Part shown: positions 1 to 15,239 of the stretch, piece by piece | How the letters are laid out: the number at the start of each line of letters is the position of its first letter | Position numbering within the stretch: position 1 is the stretch's first letter | From: the human T2T-CHM13v2.0 reference genome, Homo sapiens | NCBI RefSeq assembly: GCF_009914755.1 | Contig: NC_060933.1 | Length of the DNA stretch: 64,000 bases | Strand: one strand, 5' to 3' | Program-made: the position numbers and the translations under genes | Notes under the pieces: model-generated | Seen by the model: the letters and a program-made list of their open reading frames with translations, nothing else | Database searches by the model: none | What the model was told of the DNA's origin: nothing

Positions 1-3000
1 TGGAATGGAATGCAACGGAATGGAATGGAATGGAATGGAATGGAATGCAATGGAATGGAATCAACCCGAGTACAATGGAATGGAATGGAATGGAATGGAA
101 TGGAGTGGAATGGAATGGAATGCCTTCAAACCGAATGGAATGGAAAGGAATGAAATCAACACGAGTGGAATGGAATGGAATGGAATGGAATGGAATGGAA
201 TGATACGGAATAGAATGGAATGGAACGAAATGGAATGGAATGGAATGGAATGGAATGGAATGGAATGGAATGGAATGGAATGGAATCGTTCCGAGTGGAA
301 TAGGAGGGAATGTATTCGAGTGGAATGGAAAGGAATGGAATCAACCAGAGTGGAATGGAAGGGAATGGAATGGAATGGAAACTAATAGAATGGAATCAAC
401 CCGAGTGGAATGGAATGGAAAGGACTGGAATGGAAAGGAATGGAATGGAATGGAATGGAATGGAATGGAATCAACGCGAGTGCAGGGGAATGGAATGGAA
501 TCGAATGGAATGGAATGGAATGGAATGGAATCAACCCGAGTGCAGGGGAATGTAATGGAACGGAATGCAATGGAATGGAATCATCCGGAAAGGAATGGAA
601 TGGAATGGAATGGAATAAACCCGAGTGCAATTGAAAGGAGTGGAATGGAATGGAATGGAATGGAACAATCCGAATGGAATGGAATGTAATGGAGAGTAAG
701 GGAGTTGAAAAGAATCAATCCGAATGTAATGTAATGGAATGGAACAGAATGGAATTGAATGGAATGGAATGGAACGCAATGGAATGGAATCAACCCGAGT
801 ACAATGGAATGGAATGGATTGGAATGGAACGGAATGGAATGGAATGGAATGGAATGGAATGGACTGGAATGGAATGGAATGCAGTGGAATGGAATCAACC
901 CGAGTACAATGGAATGGAATAGAATGGAATGTAATGGAATGGAATGGAATGGAATGATACGGAATAGAATGGAATGGAACGAAATGGAATGGAATGGAAT
1001 GGAATGGAATGGAATGGAATGGAATGGAATGGAATCGTTCCGAGTGGAATAGGAGGGAATGTATTCGAGTGGAATGGAAAGGAATGGAATCAACCAGAGT
1101 GGAATGGAGGGGAATGGAATGGAATGGGAACTAATAGAATGGAATCAACCCGAGTGTAATGGAATGGAAAGGACTGGAATGGAATGGAATGGAATGGAAT
1201 CAACTCGATTGTAATGGAATGGAATGGAATGGAATGGAATGGAATGGAATGGAATGGAATCAACCCGAGTGCAATGGAATGGAGTGGAATGGAATGGAAT
1301 GGAATGGAACAACCCGAATGGAATGGAATGTAATGGAGAGTAAGGGAGTTGAATAGAATCAATCCGAATGTAATGGAATGGAAAGGAAGGGAATGGAATT
1401 GAATGGAATGGAATGGAATGCAATGGAATGGAATCAACCCGAGTGCAATGGAATGGAGAGGAATGGAATGGAATGGAGTGGAAACTACCCGAATGGAATG
1501 GAATGTAATGGAGTGTAAGGGAATTGAATAGAATCAATCCGAATGTAATGGAATGGAATGGAACGGAATGGAATGGAATGGAATGGAATGGAATGGAATG
1601 CAATGGAATGGAATCAACCCGAGTACAATCGAATGGAATCGAATGGAATGGAATGCAATGGAATGGATTCAACTTGAATGGAATGGAAAGAATGGAATCA
1701 ACACGAGTGGAATGGCATGGCTTGGAATGGAATGGAATGGAATCAACCCGAGTACAGGGGAATGGAATGGAATGGAATGCAACGGAATGGAATCATCCGT
1801 AATGGAATGGAAAGGAATGGAATGGAATGGAATGGAATGGAATGGAATCAACTCGATTGCAATCGAATGGAATGGAATGGAATTAACCCGAATAGAATGG
1901 AATGGAATGGAATGGAACGGAACGGAATGGAATGGAATGGAATGGAATGGAATGGAATGGAACGGAACGGAATGGAATGGAATGGAATGGAATGGAATCA
2001 ACGCGAGTGCAGGGGAATGGAATGGAATGGAATGCAATGGAATGGAATCTTCCGGAATGGAATGGAATGGAATGGAATGGAATGAAATGCAATGGATTCA
2101 ACTCGATTGCAATGGAATGGAATAGAATGGAATGGAATGGAATGGAATGGAATGAATTCGAATACAATGGAATGGAATGGAATGGAACGGAATGGAACGG
2201 AATGGAATGGAATGGAATGGAATTGAATGCAATGGAATTGAATCAACCCGAGTACAATGGAATGGAATGGAATGGAATGGAATGGAATGGAATGGAATGA
2301 TACGGAATAGAATGGAATGGAACGAAATGGAATGGAATGGAATGGAATGGAATGGAATGGAATGGAATGGAATGGAATCTTTCCGAGTGGAATAGGAGGG
2401 AATGTATTCGAGTGGAATGGAAAGGAATGGAATCAACCAGAGTGGAATGGAAGGGAATGGAATGGAATGGAAGCTAATAGAATGGAATCAACCCGAGAGG
2501 AATGGAATGGAAAGGACTGGAATGGAATGGAATGGAATGGAATCAACTCGATTTTAATGGAATGGAATGGAATGGAATGGAATGGAATGGAATGGAATTA
2601 ACCCGAATACAATGCAATGGAATGGAATGGAATGGAATGGAATGGAATGGAATGGAATGGAATTAACCCGGATACAATGCAATGGAATGGAATGGAACGG
2701 AATGGAGTGGAATGGAATGGAATCAACCCGAGTGCAGGGGAATGGAATGGAATGGAATGCAATGGAATGGAATCATCCGGAATGGAATGGAATGGAATGG
2801 AATGCAACGCAATGGAATCAACTCGATTGCAATGGAATGGAATGGAGTGGAAACGAATACATTGGAATCAACCCGAGTGGAATGGAATGGAGTGGAATGG
2901 AAAGGAATGGAATGGAATTAACCCGAATACAATGGAATGGAATGGAATGGAATGGAATGGAATGGAATGGAATGCAATGGATTCAACTAGATTGCAATGG

Positions 3001-6000
3001 AATGGAATAGAATGGAATGGAATGGAATGGAATGGAATTAAACCGAATAGAATGGAATGGAATGGAATGGAACGGAACGGAACGGAACGGAACGGAGTGG
3101 AATGGAATGGAATGGAATTGTATGGAATGGAATGGAATGGTACGGAATAGAATGGAATGGAAAGAATTGGAATGGAATGGAATCGAAGGGAATGGAATGG
3201 AATGGAATGGAATCAACCCGAGTGCAGGGGAATGTACTGGAACGGAATGCAATGGAATGGAATCATCCGGAATGTAATGGAATGGAATTGAATGGAATGG
3301 AATGGAATGGAATCAACCCGAGTGCAATGGAATGGAGTGGAATGGAATGGAATGGAATGGAACAACCCGAATGGAATGGAATGTAATGGAGAGTTAGGGA
3401 GTTGAATAGAATCAATCCGAATGTAATGGAATGGAACGGAATGGAATGGAATGGAATGGAATGGAATGGAATGCAATGGAATGGAATCAACCCGAGTACA
3501 ATGGAACGGAATGGAATGGAATGGAATGTAATGGAATGGAATGTAATGGAATGGAATGGAATGGAATGGAATCAACCCGAGTGCAATGGAATGGAGAGGA
3601 ATGGAATGGAATGGAATGGAAACTACCCGAATGGAATGGAATGTAATGGAGTGTAAGGGAATTGAATAGAATCAATCCGAATGAAATGGAATGGAATGGA
3701 ACGGAATGTAATGGAATGGAATGGAATGGAATCAACCCGAGTGCAGGGGAATGGAATGGAAAGGAATGCAATGGAATGGAATCATCCGGAATGGAATGGA
3801 ATGGAATGCAATGGAATGGAATGGAATGGAATCAACCCGAGTGCAATTGAAAGGAGTGGAATGGAATGGAATGGAATGGAACAACCCCAATGGAATGGAA
3901 TGTAATGGAGAGTAAGGGAGTTGAATAGAATCAATCCGAATGTAATGGAATGGAATGCAACGGAATGGAATGGAATGGAATGGAATGGAATGCAATGGAA
4001 TGGAATCAACCCGAGTACAATGGAATGGAATGGAATGGAATGGAATGGAGTGGAATGGAATGGAATGCCTTCAAACCGAATGGAATGGAAAGGAATGAAA
4101 TCAACACGAGTGGAATGGAATGGAATGGAATGGAATGGAATGGAATGATACGGAATAGAATGGAATGGAACGAAATGGAATGGAATGGAATGGAATGGAA
4201 TGGAATGGAATGGAATGGAATGGAATCGTTCAGAGTGGAATAGGAGGGAATGTATTCGAGTGGAATGGAAAGGAATGGAATCAACCAGAGTGGAATGGAA
4301 GGGAATGGAATGGAATGGAAACTAATAGAATGGAATCAACCCGAGTGGAATGGAATGGAAAGGACTGGAATGGAAAGGAATGGAATGGAATGGAATGGAA
4401 TGGAATGGAATCAACGCGAGTGCAGGGGAATGGAATGGAATCGAATGGAATGGAATGGAATGGAATGGAATCAACCCGAGTGCAGGGGAATGTAATGGAA
4501 CGGAATGCAATGGAATGGAATCATCCGGAAAGGAATGGAATGCAATGGAATGGAATCAACCCGAGTGCAATTGAAAGGAGTGGAATGGAATGGAATGGAA
4601 TGGAACAATCCGAATGGAATGGAATGTAATGGAGAGTAAGGGAGTTGAAAAGAATCAATCCGAATGTAATGTAATGGAATGGAACAGAATGGAATTGAAT
4701 GGAATGGAATGGAATGCAATGGAATGGAATCAACCCGAGTACAATGGAATGGAATGGATTGGAATGGAACGGAATGGAATGGAATGGAATGGAATGGAAT
4801 GGACTGGAATGGAATGGAATGCAGTGGAATGGAATCAACCCGAGTACAATGGAATGGAATAGAATGGAATGGAATGGAATGGAATGGAATGGAATGGAAT
4901 GATACGGAATAGAATGGAATGGAACGAAATGGAATGGAATGGAATGGAATGGAATGGAATGGAATGGAATGGAATGGAATGGAATGGAATGGAATCGTTC
5001 CGAGTGGAATAGGAGGGAATGTATTCGAGTGGAATGGAAAGGAATGGAATCAACCAGAGTGGAATGGAAGGGAATGGAATGGAATGGAAACTAATAGAAT
5101 GGAATCAACCCGAGTGGAATGGAATGGAAAGGACTGGAATAGAATGGAATGGAATGGAATCAACTCGATTGTAATGGAATGGAATGGAATGGAATGGAAT
5201 GGAATGGAATGGAATCAACCCGAGTGCAATGGAATGGAGTGGAATGGAATGGAATGGAATGGAACAACCCGAATGGAATGGAATGTAATGGAGAGTAAGG
5301 GAGTTGAATAGAATCAATCTGAATGTAATGGAATGGAAAGGAAGGGAATGGAATTGAATGGAATGGAATGGAATGCAATGGAATGGAATCAACCCGAGTG
5401 CAATGGAATGGAGTGGAATGGAATGGAATGGAATGGAACAACCCGAATGTAATGGAATGTAATGGAGAGTAAGAGAGTTGAATAGAATCAATCCGAATGT
5501 AATGGAATGGAAAGTAAGGGAATGGAATTGAATGGAATGGAATGGAATGCAATGGAATGGAATCAACCCGAGTGCAATGGAATGGAGAGGAATGGAATGG
5601 AATGGAGTGGAAACTACCCGAATGGAATGGAATGTAATGGAGTGTAAGGGAATTGAATAGAATCAATCCGAATGTAATGGAATGGAATGGAACGGAATGG
5701 AATGGAATGGAATGGAATGGAATGCAATGGAATGGAATCAATCCGAGTGCAATCGAATGGAATCGAATGGAATGGAATGCAATGGAATGGATTCAACTTG
5801 AATGGAATGGAAAGAATGGAATCAACACGAGTGGAATGGCATGGCTTGGAATGGAATGGAATGGAATCAACCCGAGTACAGGGGAATGGAATGGAATGGA
5901 ATGCAACGGAATGGAATCATCCGTAATGGAATGGAAAGGAATGGAATGGAATGGAATGGAATGGAATGGAATCAACTCGATTGCAATCGAATGGAATGGA

Positions 6001-8270
6001 ATGGAATTAACCCGAATAGAATGGAATGGAATGGAATGGAACGGAACGGAATGGAATGGAATGGAATGGAATGGAATGGAATGGAATGGAATGGAACGGA
6101 ACGGAATGGAATGGAATGGAATGGAATGGAATGGAATGGAATCAACGCGAGTGCAGGGGAATGGAATGGAATGGAATGCAATGGAATGGAATCTTCCGGA
6201 ATGGAATGGAATGGAATGGAATGGAATGAAATGCAATGGATTCAACTCGATTGCAATGGAATGGAATAGAATGGAATGGAATGGAATGGAATGAATTCGA
6301 ATACAATGGAATGGAATGGAATGGAACGGAATGGAACGGAATGGAATGGAATGGAATGGAATTGAATGCAATGGAATTGAATCAACCCGAGTACAATGGA
6401 ATGGAATGGAATGGAATGGAATGGAATGGAATGGAATGGAATGATACGGAATAGAATGGAATGGAACGAAATGGAATGGAATGGAATGGAATGGAACGGA
6501 ATGTAATGGAATGGAATGGAATGGAATCAACCCGAGTGCAGGGGAATGGAATGGAAAGGAATGCAATGGAATGGAATCATCCGGAATGGAATCGAATGGA
6601 ATGCAATGGAATGGAATGGAATGGAATCAACCCGAGTGCAATTGAAAGGAGTGGAATGGAATGGAATGGAATGGAACAACCCGAATGGAATGGAATGTAA
6701 TGGAGAGTAAGGGAGTTGAATAGAATCAATCCGAATGTAATGGAATGGAATGCAACGGAATGGAATGGAATGGAATGGAATGGAATGCAATGGAATGGAA
6801 TCAACCCGAGTACAGTGGAATGGAATGGAATGGAATGGAATGGAGTGGAATGGAATGGAATGCCTTCAAACCGAATGGAATGGAAAGGAATGAAATCAAC
6901 ACGAGTGGAAGGGAATGGAATGGAATGGAATGGAATGGAATGATACGGAATAGAATGGAATGGAACGAAATGGAATGGAATGGAATGGAATGGAATGGAA
7001 TGGAATGGAATGGAATCGTTCCGAGTGGAATAGGAGGGAATGTATTCGAGTGGAATGGAAAGGAATGGAATCAACCAGAGTGGAATGGAAGGGAATGGAA
7101 TGGAATGGAAACTAATAGAATGGAATCAACCCGAGTGGAATGGAATGGAAAGGACTGGAATGGAATGGAATGGAATGGAATCAACTCGATTGTAATGGAA
7201 TGGAATGGAATGGAATGGAATGGAATGGAATGGAATGGAATCAACCCGAGTGCAATGAAATGGAGTGGAATGGAATGGAATGGAATGGAACAACCCGAAT
7301 GGAATGGAATGTAATGGAGAGTAAGGGAGTTGAATAGAATCAATCCGAATGTAATGGAATGGAAAGGAAGGGAATGGAATTGAATGGAATGGAATGGAAT
7401 GCAATGGAATGGAATCAACCCGAGTGCAATGGAATGGAGAGGAATGGAATGGAATGGAGTGGAAACTACCCGAATGGAATGGAATGTAATGGAGTGTAAG
7501 GGAATTGAATAGAATCAATCCGAATGTAATGGAATGGAATGGAACGGAATGGAATGGAATGGAATGGAATGGAATGGAATGGAATGGAATGCAATGGAAT
7601 GGAATCAACCCGAGTGCAATCGAATGGAATCGAATGGAATGGAATGCAATGGAATGGATTCAACTTGAATGGAATGGAAAGAATGGAATCAACACGAGTG
7701 GAACGGCATGGCTTGGAATGGAATGGAATGGAATCAACCCGAGTACAGGGGAATGGAATGGAATGGAATGCAACGGAATGGAATCATCCGTAATGGAATG
7801 GAAAGGAATGGAATGGAATGGAATGGAATGGAATGGAATCAACTCGATTGCAATCGAATGGAATGGAATGGAATTAACCCGAATAAAATGGAATGGAATG
7901 GAATGGAACGGAACGGAATGGAATGGAATGGAATGGAATGGAATGGAACGGAACGGAACGGAATGGAATGGAATGGAATGGAATGGAAAGGAATCAACGC
8001 GAGTGCAGGGGAATGGAATGGAATGGAATGCAATGGAATGGAATCTTCCGGAATGGAATGGAATGGAATGGAATGGAATGAAATGCAATGGATTCAACTC
8101 GATTGCAATGGAATGGAATAGAATGGAATGGAATGGAATGGAATGGAATGAATTCGAATACAACGGAATGGAATGGAATGGAACGGAATGGAACGGAATG
8201 GAATGGAATGGAATGGAATTGAATGCAATGGAATTGAATCAACCCGAGTACAATGGAATGGAATGGAATG
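1..8270 (+). repeat. Three diverged tandem copies of a kb-scale unit (periods ~3.94 kb, then ~2.8 kb)
   Basis: Private markers recur: GCCTTCAAACCG at 122/4067/6862, GCATGGCTTGG at ~1715/5839/7707, GAATTCGAATAC at 2154/6293/8150. 286-910 matches 4226-4850 at offset 3940. Confidence 0.85.
2044..2058. promoter_or_regulatory. Consensus three-unit heat shock element (first of ~34 copies)
   Basis: gGAAt-cTTCc-gGAAt matches nGAAnnTTCnnGAAn exactly. The motif match is seen; HSF1 occupancy here is inferred from known HSF1 binding to satellite III. Confidence 0.6.
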
Positions 8271-11200
8271 GAATGGAATGGAATGGAATAGAATGGAAAC
8301 AACCCGACTGCAGGGGAATGGAATGGAATGGAATACAATGGAATGGATTCAACTTGAATGGAATGGAAAGAATGGAATCAACACGAGTGGAATGGCATGG
8401 ATTGGAATGGAATGGAATGGAATCAACCCGAGTACAGGGGAATGGAATGGAATGGAATGCAATGGAATGGAATCATCCGTAATGGAATGGAAAGGAATGG
8501 AATGGAATGGAATGGAATGGAATGGAATGGAATGGAATCAACTCGATTGCAATCGAATGCAATGGAATGGAATTAACCCGAATAGAATGGAATGGAATGG
8601 AATGGAACGGAACGGAACGGAATGGAATGGATTGGAATGGAATGGAATGGAATGGAATGGAATCAACGCGAGTGCAGGGAAATGGAATGGAATGGAATGC
8701 AATGGAATGGAATCTTCCGGAATGGAATGGAATGGAATGGAATGGAATGGAATGGAATAAACCCGAGTGCAATGGAATGGAGTGGAATGGAATGGAATGG
8801 AATGGAACAACCCGAATGGAATGGAATGTAATGGAGAGTAAGGCAGTTGAATAGAATCAATCCGAATGTAATGGAATGGAATGGAACGGAATGGAATGGA
8901 ATGGAATGGAATGGAATGCAATGGAATGGAATCAACCCGAGTTCAATGGAATGGAGAGGAATGGAATGGAATGGAATGGAAAGTACCCGAATGGAATGGA
9001 ATGTAATGGAGTGTAAGGCAATTGAATAGAATCAATCCGAATGTAATGGAATGGAATGGAACGGAATGGAATGGAATGGAATGGAATGGAATGCAATGGA
9101 ATGGAATCAAACCGAGTGCAATCGAACGGAATCGAATGGAATGGAATGCAATGGAATGGATTCAACTTGAATGGAATGGAAAGAATGGAATCAACACGAG
9201 TGGAATGGCATGCATTGGAATGGAATGGAATGGAATCAACCCGAGTACAGGGGAATGGAATGGAATGGAATGCAATGGAATGGAGTCATCCGTAATGGAA
9301 TGGAAAGGAATGGAATGGAATGGAATGGAATGGAATGGAATGGAATGGAATCAACTCGATTGCAATCGAATGGAATGGAATGGAATTAACCCGAATAGAA
9401 TGGAATGGAATGGAATGGAATGGAACGGAAAGGAATGGAATGGAATGGAATGGAACGGAACGGAATGGAATGGAATGGAATGGAATGGAACGGAACGGAA
9501 CGGAATGGAATGGAATGGAATGCAATGGAATAGAATCAACGCGAGTGCAGGGGAATGGAATGGAATGGAATGCAATGGAATGGAATGGAATGGAATGCAA
9601 TGGAATGGAATCATCCGTAATGGAATGGAAAGGAATGGAATGGAATGGAATGGAATGGAATGGAAAGGAATGGAATCAACTCGATTGCAATCGAATGGAA
9701 TGGAATGGAATTAACCCGAATAGAACGGAATGGAATGGAATGGAACGGAACGGAATGGAATGGAATGGAATGGAATGGAATGGAATGGAATGGAACGGAA
9801 CGGAATGGAATAGAATGGAATGGAATGGAATGGAATGGAAACAACGCGAGTGCAGGGGAATGGAATGGAATGGAATGCAATGGAATGGAATCTTCCGGAA
9901 TGGAATGGAATGGAATGGAATGGAATGAAATGCAATGGTTTCAACTCGATTGCAATGGAATGGAATAGAATGGAATGGAATGGAATGGAATGGAATGGAA
10001 TTAATCCGAATAGAATGGAATGGAATGGAATGGAACGGAATGGAACGGAATGGAATGGAATGGAATGGTATGGAATGGAATGGAATGGTACGGAATAGAA
10101 TGGAATGGAACGAATTGTAATGGAATGGAATTGAATGTAATGGAGAGTAAGGGAGTTGAATAGAATCAATCCGAATGTAATGGAATGGTATGCAACGGAA
10201 TGGAATGGAATGGAATGGAATGGAATGCAATGGAATGGAATCAACCCGAGTACAACGGAATGGAATGGAATGGAATGGAATGGAATGGAATGGAATGGAA
10301 TGGAATGGAATGGAATGGAATGATACGGAATAGAATGGAATGGAACGAAATGGAATGGAATGGAATGGAATGGAATGGAATGGAATGGAATCGATCCGAG
10401 TGGAATAGGAGGGAATGTATTCGAGTGGAATGGAAAGGAATGGAATCAACCAGAGTGGAATGGAAGGGAATGGAATGGAATGGAAATTAATAGAATGGAA
10501 TCAACCTGAGTGGAATGGAATGGAAAGCACTGGAATGGAATGGAATGGAATGGAATCAACTCGATTGTAATGGAATGGAATGGAATGGAATGGAATGGAA
10601 TGGAATGGAATGGAATGGAGTGGAATGGAATGGAATCAACATGAGTGCAGGGGAATGGAATGGAATGGAATGCAATGGAATGGAATCGTCCGGAATGGAA
10701 TGGAATTTAATGGAATGCAAAGCAATGGAATCAACTCGATTGCAATGGAATGGAATGGAATGGAAAGGAATACATTGGAATCAACCCGACTGGAATGGAA
10801 TGGAAAGGACTGGAATGGAGTGGAATGGAATGGAATGGAATGGAATGGAATCAACTCGATTGGAATGGAATGGAATGGAATGAAATGGAAAAGAATTAAC
10901 CCGAATAGAATGGAATGGAATGGAATGGAACGGAACGAAATGGAATGGAATGGAATGGAATGGAATGGAATGGAATGGAATGGAATAAACCCGACTGCAG
11001 GGGAATGGAATGGAATGGAATGCAATGGAATGGATTCAACTTGAATGGAATGGAAAGAATGGAATCAACACGAGTGGAATGGCATGGATTGGAATGGAAT
11101 GGAATGGAATCAACCCGAGTACAGGGGAATGGAATGGAATGGAATGCAATGGAATGGAATCATCCGTAAGGGAATGGAAAGGAATGGAATGGAATGGAAC

Positions 11201-14200
11201 GGAATGGAATGGAATGGAATCAACTCGATTGCAATCGAATGGAATGGAATGGAATTAACCCGAATAGAATGGAATGGCATGGAATGGAACGGAACAGAAC
11301 GGAATGGAAAGCATTGGAATGGAATGCAATGGAATGGAATGGAACGGAAAGGAATGGAATGGAATGGAATGGAATGGAATGGAATGGAATCAACGCGAGT
11401 GCAGGGGAATGGAATGGAATGGAATGCAATGGAATGGAATCTTCCGGAATGGAATGGAATGGAATGGAATGGAATGGAATGGAATGGAATGGAATAAACC
11501 CGAGTGCAATGGAATGGAGTGGAATGGAGTGGAATGGAATGGAACAACCCGAATGGAATGGAATGTAATGGAGAGTAAGGGAGTTGAATAGAATCAATCC
11601 GAATGTAATGGAATGGAATGGAAGGGAATGGAATTGAATGGAATGGAATGGAATGCAATGGAATGGAATCAACCCGAGTGCAATGGAATGGAGAGGAATG
11701 GAATGGAATGGAATGGAAACTACCGGAATGGAATGGAACGTAATGGAGTGTAAGGGAATTGAATAGAATCAATCCGAATGTAATGGAATGGAATGGAACG
11801 GAATGGAATGGAATGGAATAGAATGGAATGCAATGGAATGGAATCAACCCGACTGCAATCGAATGGAATCGAATGGAATGGAATGCAGTGGAATGGATTC
11901 AACTTGAATGGAATGGAAAGAATGGAATCAACACGAGTGGAATGGCATGGATTGGAATGGAATGGAATGGAATCAACCCGAGTACAGGGGAATGGAATGG
12001 AATGGAATGCAATGGAATGGAATCATCCGTAATGGAATGGAAAGGAATGGAATGGAATGGAATGGAATGGAATGGAATGGAACGGAACGGAACGGAATGG
12101 AATGGAATGGAATGGAATGGAATGGAATCAACGCGAGTGCAGGGGAATGGAATGGAATGGAAGGCAATGGAATGGAATCTTCCGGAATGGAATGGAATGA
12201 AATGCAATGGATTCAACTCGATTGCAATGGATTGGAATAGAATGGAATGGAATGGAATGGAATGGAATGGAATGGAATTAACCCGAATAGAATGGAATGG
12301 AATGGAATGGAACGGAATGGAACGGAATGGAATGGAATGGAATGGAATCGAATGGTATGGAATGGAATGGAATTGTACGGAATAGAATGGAATGGAATGA
12401 ATTGTAATGGAATGGAATTGAATGGAATGGAATGGAATGGAATGGAATCAACGCGAGTGCAGGGGAATGTAATGGAACGGAATGCAATGGAATGGAATCA
12501 TCCGGGATGGAATGGAATGGAATGGAATGGAATGGAATGGAATCAACCCGAGTGCAATGGAATGGAGTGGAATGGAATGGAATGGAATGGACCAACCCGA
12601 ATGGAATGGAATGTAATGGAGAGTAATGGAGTTGAATAGAATCAATCCGAATGTAATGGAATGGAATGCAACCGAATGGAATGGAATGGAATGGAATGGA
12701 ATGCAATGCAATGGAATGGAATCAACCCGAGTACAATGGAATGGAATGGAATGGAATGGAATGGAATGGAATGGAATGGAATGATACGGAATAGAATGGA
12801 ATGGAACGAAATGGAATGGAATGGAATGGAATGGAATGGAATGGAATGGAATGGAATGGAATGGAATGGAATGGAATCGTTCCGAGTGGAATAGGAGGGA
12901 ATGTATTCGAGTGGAATGGAAAGGAATGGAATCAACCAGAGTGGAATGGAAGGGAATGGAATGGAATGGAAACTAATAGAATGGAATCAACCCGAGTGGA
13001 ATGGAATGGAAAGGACTGGAATGGAATGGAATGGAATGGAATGGAATGGAATGGAATCAACTCGATTGTAATGGAATGGAATGGAATGGAATGGAATGGA
13101 ATGGAATTAACCCGAATACAATGGAATGGAATGGAATGGAACGGAATGGAGTGGAATGGAATGGAATCAACCCGAGTGCAGGAGAATGGAATGGAATGGA
13201 ACGGAATGGAATGGAATGCAATGGAATGGAATGGAATGGTATGGAATGGAATGGAATGGTACGGAATAGAATGGAATGGAACGAATTGGAATGGAATGGA
13301 ATCGAATGGAATGGAATGGAATCAACCCGAGTGCAGGGGAATGTAATGGAACGGAATGCAAGGGAATGGAATCATCCGCAATGGAATGGAATGGAATGGA
13401 ATCAACCCGAGTGCAAAGGAATGGAGTGGAATGGAATGGAATGGAATGTAAACAACCCGAATGGAATGGAATATAATGGAGTGTAAGGGAATTGAATGGA
13501 ATCAATCCGAATGTAATTGAATGCAATGGAAAGGAATGGAATTTAATGGAATGGAATGGAATGGAATGGAATGGAATGGTATGGAATGGAATGGAATGGT
13601 GCGGAATAGAATGGAAAGGAACGAATTGGAATGGAATGGAATGGAATGGAATGGAATGGAATGGAATCAACCCGAGTGCAGTGGAATGTAATGGAACGGA
13701 ATGCAATGGAATGGAATCATCCGCAATAGAATAGAATAGAATGGAATGGAATGGAATGGAATGCAAAGGAATGGAATCAACCCGAGTGCAATGGAATGGA
13801 GTGGAATGGAATGGAATGGAATGTAAACAACCCGAATGGAATGGAATATAATGGAGTGTAAGGGAATTGAATGGAATCAATCCGAATGCAATGGAATGGA
13901 ATGGAAAGGCATGGAATGGAATGGAATGGAATGGAATGGAATGGAATGGAATGGAATGGAATGGAATCAACCCGAGTGTAATGGAATGGAATCGAAAGGA
14001 ATGGAAAGGAATGGAATGGATTCAACCCGACTGCAATGGAATGGAATAGAATGGAATGTAATGGAATGGAATGGAATGGAATTAACCCGAATAGAATGGA
14101 ATGGAATGGAATGGAACGCAACGCAACGGAATGGAATGCAATAGAATGGAATGGAATGGAATGGAATGGAATGGAATGGTATGTTATGGAATGGAATGGA

Positions 14201-15239
14201 ATGGTGCGGAATAGAATGGAATGGAACGAATTGGAATGGAATGGAATCGAATGGAATGGAATGGAATGGAATGGAATCAACCCGAGTGCAGTGGAATGTA
14301 ATGGAACGGAATGCAATGGAATGGAATCATCCGCAATGGAATGGAATGGAATGGAATGGAATGGAATGGAATAGAATGGAATGGAATGGAATGGAATCAA
14401 CTCGATTGCAATAGAATGGAATGGAATGGAATTAACCCGAATAGAATGGAATGGAATGGAATGGAACGGAACGGAATGGAATGGAATGGAATGGAACGGA
14501 ACGGAATGGAATGGAAAGGAATGGAATTGAATGGAATGGACTGGAATGGAATCAACGCGAGTGCGGTGGAATGGAATGGAATGGAATGCAATGGAATGGT
14601 ATGTTCAGGAATGGAATGGAATGGAATGGAATGGAATGGAATGGAATGGAATGGAATGCAAAGGATTCACCTCGATTGCAATGGAATGGAATAGAATGGA
14701 ATGGAATGGAATGGAATGGAATCAACCCGAATAGAATGGAATGGAATGGAATGGAACGGAACGGAATGGAACGGAACAGAATGGAATGGAATGCAATGGA
14801 ATGGAATGGAATGGTATGGAATGGAATGGAATGGTACGGAATAGAATGGAATGGAATGAATTGGAATGGAAAGGAATCGAATGGAATGGAATGGAATCAA
14901 CCCGAGTGCTGGGGAATGTAAAGCAACGGAATGCAATGGAGTGGAATCATCCGGAATGAAATGGAATGGAATGGAATGGAATCAACCCGAGTGCAATGGA
15001 ATGGAGTGGAATGGAATGGAATGGAATGTAAACAACCCGAAGGGAATGGAATATAATGGAGTGTAAGGGAATTGAATGCAATCAATCCGAATGTAATGGA
15101 ATGGAATGGAAAGGAATGGAATGGAATGGAATGGAATGGAATCAACCCGAGTGTAATGGAATGGAATCGAAAGGAATGGAAAGGAATGGAATGGATTCAA
15201 CTCGATTGCAATGGAATGGAATAGAATGGAATGGAATGG

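Noticed and set aside
282-320. GGAATCGTTCC hairpin / GGAATAGGAGGGAATG resembling a Shine-Dalgarno plus ATG
   Set aside because: The 4-bp stem is too weak to call. The AGGAGG is a satellite variant repeated ~25 times in eukaryotic DNA and precedes only repeat ORFs. The GAA-TTC spacing (3 nt) does not fit an HSE.
480-560. G-quadruplex from CAGGGG motifs
   Set aside because: Runs of three or more G are isolated and tens of bases apart; there is no cluster of four.
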